Positions 17,824 to 26,519 of a stretch of DNA of 64,000 nt are shown here, one piece after another; the stretch's first letter is position 1; every line of letters begins with the position of its first letter. Position numbers and translations under genes: made by a program. Source of the DNA: Candidatus Nomurabacteria bacterium (GTDB taxonomy: Bacteria > Patescibacteriota > Saccharimonadia > Saccharimonadales > UBA7683); NCBI GenBank assembly GCA_020631895.1, contig JACKGR010000004.1, positions 15,260 through 79,259 of the forward strand, given 5' to 3'. The notes under the pieces are model-generated. The model saw only the letters and a list, made by a program, of their open reading frames with translations. It did no database searches and had not been told where the DNA came from.

Positions 17824-19107
17824 CTAACTCCAGAGCTTTGCGAGCTCTTCATGCAACTCGTCTACTAGTTTTTGACCGCAGCTACCGAGCACTCCAAAGT
17901 CCCACAAGGCTTCTTTGTGAAACTCCTGAGCGATAGAAGTTACCCGGTTCATGGTAACGCCCTTTATTCTTTCGGGTATACGCTTGTAATCCATAACCTC
18001 ACCAGTTATCGAATACTCATAGCTATAGCCATGCAATATACTCCCAACTGTTTGTGCTCCCATCTGGAAGCTTCCAAGTGCATACTCCTTGGAGGCTTTG
18101 AGCTTTTCTGGTTTTAGATTACCTTTTAGAACTGTCTTTAGGTGTTTTACTATAACACCTAGAGCCTCTTTGGCATTTTCTGGACTAACCTGAAAATCAA
18201 AATCCCAGATACTATAATCATGTCCACGATTACCGCCAGAAAATATATAATATGCCAGACCTTTTTCTCTTATATCACCCAATATAAGAGAGTCAGTAGT
18301 TGCGGTCAGAATATTATTCAGGGCATTTAGCGCATCAATTTCAGGTTCTGAAATACGTCTTGGTAGCATCATTGTAAAGCTTACATAAAGTGACTCGACA
18401 GTTTTATTCTCTATATATAAAGGTTCATCGTGATGAGATAACTTAGTTTCAGGAAGAGAAATTTGGCTGCCCTCTGGTAATTCAAGATTTTTCTCTATTA
18501 TATTTACAAATTTATCCCGGCGTCCTTGAAAATCACCGGCGACTACAAAACAGATATTTGATAAATTATGAGTTCTTTTATAATGAGCGCGAACATCGTC
18601 TATCGTTACGTTATTAAGTTTGCCTAGACGTGATCTATCACTAGTAACTAAAAATCCAGCTCGCTCATAAAGTGCGAGACTTAGCTGTCTAAAATAATTA
18701 CTCAGGTGCCCCGAGAGCTCCTCTTTAACACTTCCTACCTCTGCAGTAAACTCTTCTTGTAAGAATAGTGGCTTTGAGATTGATAGCATTAAAAGACTTA
18801 AAATTCTATCCCACTCAAAGTCTGCACATTCACCTACGTAGCCAACGTTATACATATTTGTGTATGCATTAGAATAGGCACCGTTCTTTTTAACTTCAGC
18901 TTCAAACGTCCTGGCTTTTCTGAACTTTTGATTAGCACCACACAGAAGATGTTCCATTACGTGTGGAGTCTCCCATTTGTTTTCAGGAGCAAGAAAATCA
19001 CCAGCCCGAACTGTAAAATCATAGCTCATCACTTGTGCTTGGGGCACATCAATAAGTAACCCACTGACACCATTGCTTAGTTTTATTTCACGAACTGTAT
19101 GTTTCAT
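17824..19107 (-). CDS. M16 (pitrilysin/insulinase) family zinc peptidase
   Basis: 427 aa. Inverted zinc motif HVMEH (HxxEH) near the N-terminus. Confidence 0.8.
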   Translation of the reverse strand: MKHTVREIKLSNGVSGLLIDVPQAQVMSYDFTVRAGDFLAPENKWETPHVMEHLLCGANQKFRKARTFEAEVKKNGAYSNAYTNMYNVGYVGECADFEWDRILSLLMLSISKPLFLQEEFTAEVGSVKEELSGHLSNYFRQLSLALYERAGFLVTSDRSRLGKLNNVTIDDVRAHYKRTHNLSNICFVVAGDFQGRRDKFVNIIEKNLELPEGSQISLPETKLSHHDEPLYIENKTVESLYVSFTMMLPRRISEPEIDALNALNNILTATTDSLILGDIREKGLAYYIFSGGNRGHDYSIWDFDFQVSPENAKEALGVIVKHLKTVLKGNLKPEKLKASKEYALGSFQMGAQTVGSILHGYSYEYSITGEVMDYKRIPERIKGVTMNRVTSIAQEFHKEALWDFGVLGSCGQKLVDELHEELAKLWS

Positions 19108-19163
19108 TTACATTAGTATAGAGGTTTTTTAGCCTATGGGCTAGGTAAAAAGATACTTTTTAA

Positions 19164-21761
19164 CTAGTGTTTCTTTTTTCGATTCTGACGTTGCTTTTTG
19201 CGAGTCTTTTTAATTGTTGTCTTCTTTTTACTTGTTGGAACACTGACTCGTTTGACTACAGTACCTTCAAAATCCTCTGCGCTAGAAGCCACTCCGGTGG
19301 TAATTTGGTTAGCGTTATCGGTTGCGGCTTGGGCGGCTTTTGTAAGTTCAGTCTCAATCGCTCGATTAATCTGGTGTGGTTGTAAGTGGTTAAGGCCTCG
19401 TACAACCTCGTTTCTCAGCGTCTGTTGCATGGTCTCAAATAGTGCCTGACCCTCACGTCGATACTCGACAAGCGGATCTTTTTGGCCAATTGATCTCCAG
19501 CCAATTCCGTTTCTTAAATGATCCATGTTCTCAAGGTGCTGCATCCAAAGTTGATCAAGAACCTGCATAACAGCCTCTCGCTCAATCTGACGCATAATGT
19601 CCGCACCAAGCGCACTCTCTCTATCTACGTATAGTTCGTAGGCAAACTCTTTAAATTTAGCTACTCGAGTTTTTTGATCTTCGGTCTTTTTAAGTTCCTT
19701 GAGTTGCTTCTCACTAAATGGGAATACAGTCTCTAACTCACGATAAAATTCTTTTTGATCAAGCGGTACTACACTAGCCCAGGTTTCAGCCTCTTGCTCA
19801 ACCATTTGTTTAATCTGCTTACTGATATCTTCGGCCATTAAGGCTCGGCGTCTAATAGTGTAGACGGCTTTACGATGACGGTTCATGACATCGTCGTACT
19901 GAACTACATTCTTACGGGTGTCATAGTTATAGCCTTCAACCTTCTTTTGAGCGTTCTCTAAAGTTCGGCTAACAGCTCTATTCTCAATCGCTTGATCTTC
20001 AGCGACTCCAAGACGCTCCATCAGTGAGGCTATTCTCTCGCCACCAAAGATTCTCATAAGATCGTCCTCACAACTAACGTAGAACTGTGTCATTCCAGGA
20101 TCACCCTGACGTCCACATCGTCCTCTTAGCTGGTTATCGATTCGTCTTGACTCATGTCTCTCTGATCCAAGAACCACCAAGCCACCTAGCTCTTTGACGC
20201 CTTCACCAAGTACGATATCCGTACCACGACCAGCAATGTTAGTTGCTAGAGTTACCGCACCTTTTTGACCGGCTTTAGCCACAATCGACGCTTCGCCCTC
20301 GTTGTTTTTTGCATTTAATACTTGATGAGGCACCTTTGCTTCGGTTAGTAACTCTGAAAGTCGCTCGTTATTTTCAATTGACACAGTACCAATCAAGACT
20401 GGCTGACCTTTTTTATTTAGGGTTTTAACCTCGCTAATTAAAGCCTTAAACTTCCCGGCTTCGGTTTTATATATTCGATCAATTCTATCTTCACGAGCTA
20501 TTTTACGGTTTGACGGAATCTCAATAACATCGATTCCATAAATCTGGTTGAATTCCTCGGCCTCAGTAGTTGCGGTACCGGTCATACCTGAGAGTTTGTC
20601 GTATAATCTAAAGTAGTTTTGAAAGCTAATCGTAGCAAGAGTCATGCTCTCCTCTTGAATCTCAACACCTTCTTTGGCTTCAATAGCTTGATGTAGCCCC
20701 TCATTATAACGACGGCCATGCATCAATCGACCGGTAAATTCATCAACTATGATAATCTCTCCATCGTTGGATACTACGTATTCTTTATCACGATGGAACA
20801 ATGTCTCGGCTTTAAGTGCTTGATCCATATGGTAGATTAATCTTATGTGATCAGCATCATACAGGTTGTCTACTTTCAGTAATTTCTGGACCTTTTCAAC
20901 ACCCGTGTCATTTAACGCAACGCTACGCCTTTTCTCGTCAAGCTCATAATCCTCGGGAACTAGCTGGCGAGCTATATCAGCAAACATTGAGTATCCTGCT
21001 CCGCTAGCACTTGATGGTGCTGAAATAATCAAAGGAGTTCTAGCCTCGTCAATCAAAATTGAATCTACCTCATCAACTATTGCAAAATTAAGCTCTCGCT
21101 GGCGTAGGTTCTCTACGGTATTAACCATATTGTCGCGTAGATAATCAAAGCCAAACTCGTTGTTTGTACCATAAGTTATATCAGCGGCGTAAGCTTCTTT
21201 TCTTGTACATGGCTTCAGCTTCTTCATTCTTTTATCGTCATGGTGAGAGTTGTCATAGTTTGGGTCAAAGATAAATGAGTTCTCGGCAATAATCACACCC
21301 GTGCTCATTCCAAGCGCATGATAAACCTCGGCCATCCAACCAGCATCACGCTGTGCAAGATAATCGTTGACAGTAACAACGTGTGCACCTTTACCACTCA
21401 GGGCATTAAGATATACCGGTAAGGTTGCAACCAAAGTTTTACCTTCACCTGTCTTCATCTCTGCCACATTGCCTTCGTGTAACGCCATTCCACCTATAAG
21501 CTGCACGTCAAAATGACGCATTCCTAATGTTCTTTTCGACACCTCTCTAACTACAGCAAATGCATGAGGTAAAATATCATCTAATGTCTTTTTATCTTTG
21601 AGTTGCTGACGGAAAACTTCTGTCTGCTTTTTTAAGGTTGGTAGCGACATCTTCTCGTATACAGTTTCGAGCTCATTAATTGGAGCAACCTTTTTGCGAA
21701 GCCTTTTAACGGTCTTTGCTTGTGGGTCACCAAAAATTTTGTTCAGCACTCTAGTCTTCAT
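19164..21761 (-). CDS. secA: Preprotein translocase ATPase SecA
   Basis: 865 aa. MKTGEGKT Walker A, DEVDSILIDEARTPLIIS DEAD-like motor motif, Lys-rich C-terminal tail. Confidence 0.97.
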   Translation of the reverse strand: MKTRVLNKIFGDPQAKTVKRLRKKVAPINELETVYEKMSLPTLKKQTEVFRQQLKDKKTLDDILPHAFAVVREVSKRTLGMRHFDVQLIGGMALHEGNVAEMKTGEGKTLVATLPVYLNALSGKGAHVVTVNDYLAQRDAGWMAEVYHALGMSTGVIIAENSFIFDPNYDNSHHDDKRMKKLKPCTRKEAYAADITYGTNNEFGFDYLRDNMVNTVENLRQRELNFAIVDEVDSILIDEARTPLIISAPSSASGAGYSMFADIARQLVPEDYELDEKRRSVALNDTGVEKVQKLLKVDNLYDADHIRLIYHMDQALKAETLFHRDKEYVVSNDGEIIIVDEFTGRLMHGRRYNEGLHQAIEAKEGVEIQEESMTLATISFQNYFRLYDKLSGMTGTATTEAEEFNQIYGIDVIEIPSNRKIAREDRIDRIYKTEAGKFKALISEVKTLNKKGQPVLIGTVSIENNERLSELLTEAKVPHQVLNAKNNEGEASIVAKAGQKGAVTLATNIAGRGTDIVLGEGVKELGGLVVLGSERHESRRIDNQLRGRCGRQGDPGMTQFYVSCEDDLMRIFGGERIASLMERLGVAEDQAIENRAVSRTLENAQKKVEGYNYDTRKNVVQYDDVMNRHRKAVYTIRRRALMAEDISKQIKQMVEQEAETWASVVPLDQKEFYRELETVFPFSEKQLKELKKTEDQKTRVAKFKEFAYELYVDRESALGADIMRQIEREAVMQVLDQLWMQHLENMDHLRNGIGWRSIGQKDPLVEYRREGQALFETMQQTLRNEVVRGLNHLQPHQINRAIETELTKAAQAATDNANQITTGVASSAEDFEGTVVKRVSVPTSKKKTTIKKTRKKQRQNRKKKH

Positions 21762-22052
21762 TTAATAATCATCCCTCTTTTTACAAATTCAGAAATACCC
21801 TCCTAGTATATCGTAGAAGGGTATTATTTTATACTGAATTTAAGCAAAATCATTGGCTCATCAGGATGGATCTTGGGTGATTCAGAAGTTATTTTATCAG
21901 AGTAAAACATAGCCGTAGCTACGTTGAGCGAAGAAAAATAATTTCTGGACATCCGAATACATTTTGGGAGTTGATGATTTTTGTGTAATTTCAGTATTGA
22001 CGATTTCGCTGCCATTACAGCTCATCAGCTTAGCTATTACTCTAAGAATCGT

Positions 22053-22087
22053 CTGAGAGGTGCGCCCCGAAGGGCGCTCACTCTCAG
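22053..22087 (-). terminator. Long GC-rich hairpin without U-tract downstream of the SPFH gene (I-shaped terminator candidate)
   Basis: CTGAGAG-GTG-CGCCC-CGAA-GGGCG-CTCA-CTCTCAG: about 14 paired positions. Located ~115 nt after the SPFH stop codon. Confidence 0.4.
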
Positions 22088-22201
22088 TGAAGATTTTAAT
22101 GGCGTCTTCCCGCCAACTGTTTTCCTCTGCGAGCACAGTAGGTGCGCTCACTTCATAGGATGACTCTACAGCCAGAGTTCCTCTACCCGAGAAGGGTGTT
22201 G

Positions 22202-23140
22202 CTATCCGTTTCCGGAGTTCGCGGACGGAACCACGATCGCGGACTGCGACCCAGGCCAGCAGGTGAAGCCCGCAGGCACCGGCTGACGTGCCTCCACCAT
22301 CTCGGCCAGGGTGTCGAAGCACCGACTGACCAGGACGTTGGGGGCGTTGCTGACGCTGTCCGAGAGCTCGTTGTTGGCTCGCGCCTGCGCCTCCGCCGTC
22401 AGCTCACGCTGTTCGGCGATGCGAGTGTTGGCGATCTCCGCCTGGTACTCGTTGAGGCGCCTCTGCGTGTTGTCGTCGTAGCGGATGAGGGGGATCGTGA
22501 TGCTCAGCACATCGATCCGACCGGCGACCCGCTCACGCATGTCCGTGAGCACATCGTCCGAGAGGTCCCCCAGATTGGCGAGGCCCTCGGCGTTCTCCGA
22601 ACTCACCGCGTCGAGCGGGTTGAACTCGCCCAGCACGGTGTTGAGGGCGGCGTTGAACTCCCTTGTCACTACCGAGTCACGGATCCTGTCCATGTCCCGG
22701 TAGTCGCGGTACAGCTCATCGCCCTCGCCTTCGGCGATCCGCCAACGGATCGTGTTGTCCACGCAGGCGGTCGACTGGTTGCCGATCCGGATGTCCGTGC
22801 ACCTACCGTCGAGCTCACCACCACCTTCGTCGGCGTAGGTGTCGGTCTGGATGCTCGCATCGAGCTCCGGGACCTTCTCCCACGGCCACTTGAGGTGGAT
22901 GCCGTTGCTCAGCGTGTCGGTGGGCCGGCCGAAGCTGGTCACCACGCCGATACGACGAGTCCCGACAACCGTGAGGCTGCTGAGAACGAGGAAGACGATG
23001 GCAAACGCCACCGCAACACCAGCGACGAACTTGGCGGTGCTGGCGCCATCATCCGTCTTGGCAACCTTCTTGCAGATCAGCGCCACGATCACGACCAGGA
23101 TGGCCAAGATCATGAACACGAAAAACCATGGAAGGGGCAT
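22202..23140 (-). CDS. SPFH/Band-7 (prohibitin/stomatin-like) membrane protein
   Basis: 312 aa. Two N-terminal TM helices. RRIGVVTSFGRPTDTLSNGIHLKWPWEKV SPFH core start. C-terminal coiled region AEIANTRIAEQRELTAEAQARA. AGGAGG SD at 23150..23145. Confidence 0.85.
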   Translation of the reverse strand: MPLPWFFVFMILAILVVIVALICKKVAKTDDGASTAKFVAGVAVAFAIVFLVLSSLTVVGTRRIGVVTSFGRPTDTLSNGIHLKWPWEKVPELDASIQTDTYADEGGGELDGRCTDIRIGNQSTACVDNTIRWRIAEGEGDELYRDYRDMDRIRDSVVTREFNAALNTVLGEFNPLDAVSSENAEGLANLGDLSDDVLTDMRERVAGRIDVLSITIPLIRYDDNTQRRLNEYQAEIANTRIAEQRELTAEAQARANNELSDSVSNAPNVLVSRCFDTLAEMVEARQPVPAGFTCWPGSQSAIVVPSANSGNG

Positions 23141-23703
23141 CGCCCCTCCTTTCTGTCGGGCTCCTCAAACTTCAAGGAACATTGGATACTCCAAACCTTC
23201 ACAGGAATGGCTGTAATATATTAACATATTTTTTTTAAATAATCAATATTATTACTTAGTTTATATCCTTTCTACTCGGGATGTGAATGTACGTGGTTTT
23301 AACGCGCCATGCGAGGTTTCGTCACAAAGTGACAGCTCCTCAGCCCGGTTGGATTAGATCCTCCCGTAACTATTTATTGGCACAGCAAATAGAACAGATA
23401 CAGGAGTATCTTTTGGCACACGAAAAATAATAATTAGTCACTAATAATTAAAAACAGTTTAGTTGTATAAATACTGAAAGTTACCGAGTAATAAAAAGAC
23501 TGGGCAGAGCTTGTATACAGATCTGTTAATAGATAAATTGTGTGTTATAAAGCAAAGTTAAACCACGAGCTTCTGTATCCTCTACAGTTAGCTCTAAACG
23601 CGTTCTAACTCCGTTTGACAACTATTTTTTTCTGAAATGTGCGTGCAATTTATTCAAATGCACTAAAGACATTATAGGTCATTTGGGTAATATTGTCAAT
23701 AGA

Positions 23704-24081
23704 CTATATTGCATCTTGTCGGGGCTTACGCCGTAAAAACTTACGCAAACGACCGTGCCTATCCTGATGGTCTCCGCCATGTGTGGCTTTATATTTGTTA
23801 AGTTGATTCTTGAGCTTCTTCTCAACAATATCTACTGCAGCAAACATATTAACAGTTGAATCTTTGGCTGTGATCATTTGTTCTGGCAAATGCATAATCA
23901 CCTCGCATTGATTACGATCAGACTTAGTTTTGAGCTCCTGAAGCACAACTTCAACTTTAATACTCTTACGAGCATGACGTGGAACAAATCGATCGAGGCG
24001 TCCTATTTTTTTACGAATATACTTTTTAATATCGGCTTTTGTCTCGTAGTGGATACCTGTTATATCGATTTGTGTAATCAT
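23704..24081 (-). CDS. hpf: Ribosome hibernation promoting factor / RaiA family
   Basis: 125 aa. MITQIDITGIHYETKADIKKYIRKKIGRLDRF and VDIVEKKLKNQLNKYK match the S30AE/HPF fold pattern. Confidence 0.85.
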   Translation of the reverse strand: MITQIDITGIHYETKADIKKYIRKKIGRLDRFVPRHARKSIKVEVVLQELKTKSDRNQCEVIMHLPEQMITAKDSTVNMFAAVDIVEKKLKNQLNKYKATHGGDHQDRHGRLRKFLRRKPRQDAI

Positions 24082-24135
24082 TGGTGCTCCTTTTTATGTG
24101 GTACTTCTATTATACCGCACAAGCACAACTACAAA

Positions 24136-25434
24136 CTAGATTTTTTCTTTGCCACCCATGAAAGGTCGGAGAACTTTTGGAACCAAAATTGAACCGTCTT
24201 CTTGCTGATAGTTCTCTGCAATAGCTTTTAGAATTCTACCGAGGGCAAAAGCAGTTGCGTCATTAGTATGCACAAATTCAAGCTCTCCATTAGATCTTTT
24301 AACCTTTGTCTTTAGACTTCGTGCCTGATAATCGGTCATGTAATCTGCGGTGTGAGTCTCTCGATATTCACCCTGTGCTGGCATCCAAGTATTGATATCG
24401 ACTCCTTGGGCATTAGGCTTACCGATATCTGCTGTGCATTTTTGAATCAGCTGATATGGTAGCTCAAGTTGCTGAACTAAGTATTCTTGAATAGCAACTA
24501 GTAGTTTGTGCTCTTCTAGACCGGTGTCTGATGTACTAAAAACTTCCATCTCAATCTTATCAAACTGGTGCATTCTAAAAATTCCTTCGGTGTCTTTTCC
24601 ATACGAACCTGCCTCACGACGGAAAGATGTTGCATAAGCAATGTATCGTATTGGCAGTTGAGATTCATCGAGTGTCTCGTTCATATACATTGTGCACATG
24701 CTGTGTTCTGCACTAGCATTCATCCAAAGCTCATCTTGAGAAAGCTTGTAAGTTACCTCCTCGGCATCTAATCTGCCTGATGCTTCATAAGGTTCGGTCT
24801 TGACCATTGCTGGAGGCAAAACTGGAACAAACGGCTTGGCTTTTAAGTTTAGGCCCTGGTCATCGATAATCTTCTGAATTATTTTCTCATCAGAAAGCGT
24901 CTGCAAAACAAACTGAATAATTGCAAATTGCATCTGTACTAACTCACCCTTGATGTAGGCAAAACGTGCACCAGCAACCTTAGCGGCTCGTTCTTTATCT
25001 ATGCTGTCGTTAAGTTGACCCAGCTCAGCATCGCTCTTTGGTTTAAATTCGAACTTTGGTACTTCACCGACTGTTTTTTGAACGACATTGTCGTCTTCCG
25101 ATGATCCAACAGGTACAAAATCTAACGGTACGTTTGGCACTCTTCTAAGTATGCTCTGATATTCATGTTCAGTTGGCTCTAAGGCGGCTTCGAGCTCACT
25201 TAACGATTCTTTTATTCTCTTACCTTCGGCAATCAGCTCGGGGCTTGGCTGGCCGTTTTTCATTTGGGCAGCAGTTTCGTTTCGGGCTTTTCTAAGTTTT
25301 TCGATATCTTGAAGAGACTCTCTACGTTTGTGGTCGAGTTCAAGAAGTTTATCTATATCAATAGCGATATTTTTATGCTTTGCTGCTTGCTTTACGGCCT
25401 CAGCATTATCTCTTATAAACTGAATATCAATCAT
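24136..25434 (-). CDS. serS: Seryl-tRNA synthetase
   Basis: 432 aa. N-terminal coiled-coil arm (MIDIQFIRDN...) and class II core (FRREAGSYGKDTEGIFRMHQF). Confidence 0.95.
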   Translation of the reverse strand: MIDIQFIRDNAEAVKQAAKHKNIAIDIDKLLELDHKRRESLQDIEKLRKARNETAAQMKNGQPSPELIAEGKRIKESLSELEAALEPTEHEYQSILRRVPNVPLDFVPVGSSEDDNVVQKTVGEVPKFEFKPKSDAELGQLNDSIDKERAAKVAGARFAYIKGELVQMQFAIIQFVLQTLSDEKIIQKIIDDQGLNLKAKPFVPVLPPAMVKTEPYEASGRLDAEEVTYKLSQDELWMNASAEHSMCTMYMNETLDESQLPIRYIAYATSFRREAGSYGKDTEGIFRMHQFDKIEMEVFSTSDTGLEEHKLLVAIQEYLVQQLELPYQLIQKCTADIGKPNAQGVDINTWMPAQGEYRETHTADYMTDYQARSLKTKVKRSNGELEFVHTNDATAFALGRILKAIAENYQQEDGSILVPKVLRPFMGGKEKI

Positions 25435-25475
25435 GCCAACTAGTATACCGTATTATCTATCAAATTAGCTTAAAA

Positions 25476-25500
25476 GGGACTGGCTTTTGTTGCCAGTCCC
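25476..25500 (-). terminator. Rho-independent terminator after the 25572..26510 gene
   Basis: GGGACTGGC-(7 nt)-GCCAGTCCC followed by TTTTAAG on the minus strand. Confidence 0.6.
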
Positions 25501-25571
25501 TCCCGCTGTTTGTTTTGTTTAGTATACCACTTATGTGAATTCTTCAAATAGATTGTTGTGCTAAATACACG

Positions 25572-26510
25572 TTAATTTTTGGGTGTACCAATAATTTGTT
25601 CAGTAAATTTTTTAACATCCTCAACAGTAGTAAATTCGGTTGGAACAAGCAGCTTTTCAGCTGAACTGTCACGCTTACTTTCTGCCGGATCAATACTGTA
25701 AATTCCAGACTTTGTTGTAGCAGATACTTTTGTGAATATTCTATTCTTTTTACTCACCCAAACATCAATTTTCTGGACTTTTGAAGAGTCTAGTTCTGAA
25801 CATTTGGCACCCATCATCCCCATCATTCCCCCACTACTAACACTACTAGATAAATGATAGCTATCCTGATCGTTAACTTTTTCATCAGCCAATTTAATAA
25901 AATCCAAATTGTTAGACTTATGCTGAATAAATTGATTGATTAGCTGAGCTTGCATATCACTAGAGCTATCAAAGTTTGACATGCTACAACTATCTGATCG
26001 ATCGCTTGATATTTTTATCCATTTATCTTCGAGACTACCCGACAGTTCTCTTAGATAACTACTATACAACTTAAACTCAGCATTATTAATCTCGGCTTTT
26101 TTGATTGAAGACTCTATATCATTCAGTCTTAAATAGTAGTCACCGTCAGCGCCTACTACATCACCTTTAAGCTCAAGCGGAACCCTAAAAATCGCCAAAT
26201 CAATTTGCGCCGAGCCCTTATATATACTATCTTTTAACATTCCGTCGGTATCAATTGCGACAGCAATACTTGTACCAGGTTTGGCCGGAGCAAACTCAAT
26301 CTTAATTCTTCTAAATCCATCCTGTGATGAAATTAAGCTGTCCGAATTTTCAATTGCATCCGATAAAATCTTACTTGGGCGACCATTTTGATAGTTCTGA
26401 AAGGCTAAAGCTCCTACACCCACAATCAATACTAAAAGTAGCAACGCACCAACAATTAATAGTACATTTTGTCGTCTATTATTTTTTTGAGATTTAGACT
26501 TAGGTTTCAT
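25572..26510 (-). CDS. Hypothetical membrane-anchored extracytoplasmic protein, last gene of the MacB-like ABC operon
   Basis: 312 aa. Basic N-terminus plus a single TM (VLLIVGALLLLVLIVGVGALAF). No recognised motif. 9 nt downstream of the permease gene. Confidence 0.6.
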   Translation of the reverse strand: MKPKSKSQKNNRRQNVLLIVGALLLLVLIVGVGALAFQNYQNGRPSKILSDAIENSDSLISSQDGFRRIKIEFAPAKPGTSIAVAIDTDGMLKDSIYKGSAQIDLAIFRVPLELKGDVVGADGDYYLRLNDIESSIKKAEINNAEFKLYSSYLRELSGSLEDKWIKISSDRSDSCSMSNFDSSSDMQAQLINQFIQHKSNNLDFIKLADEKVNDQDSYHLSSSVSSGGMMGMMGAKCSELDSSKVQKIDVWVSKKNRIFTKVSATTKSGIYSIDPAESKRDSSAEKLLVPTEFTTVEDVKKFTEQIIGTPKN

Positions 26511-26519
26511 TGTTTATCT

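Larger units (their letters stand above)
22050..23212. other. High-GC (about 60-65%) single-gene island between secA and hpf; probable horizontally acquired DNA
   Basis: Abrupt compositional shift at ~22050 and ~23165-23212. G/C-ending codons on the minus strand. Long Arg/Gly/His-rich antisense ORFs typical of high-GC DNA. Flanked on both sides by AT-rich noncoding sequence. Confidence 0.85.

Noticed and set aside
21824-22322. 63-aa and 141-aa minus-strand ORFs in the left flank of the island
   Set aside because: They straddle the AT-rich/GC-rich boundary, lack an SD and motifs, and overlap the SPFH 3' end and its hairpin. I treat them as noncoding flank.
22142-23224. 360-aa plus-strand ORF (and other 60-125-aa ORFs on both strands) inside the high-GC island
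   Set aside because: These are Arg/Gly/His/Pro-rich translations with no motifs. Such long stop-free antisense frames are expected in about 65% GC DNA. The minus-strand frame has a clear SPFH-domain sequence, an SD and TM helices.
23271-23372. Possible SRP (4.5S) RNA or RNase P fragment in the GC-rich patch
   Set aside because: The apical hairpin GUCAC-AAA-GUGAC is flanked by UUUC/AGCU. It lacks the conserved SRP domain IV features (GNAR tetraloop, 5' AGG and 3' AGCA loops). No GAGGAAAGUCCGGGC-type RNase P motif is present. It is kept only as an unexplained structured element.
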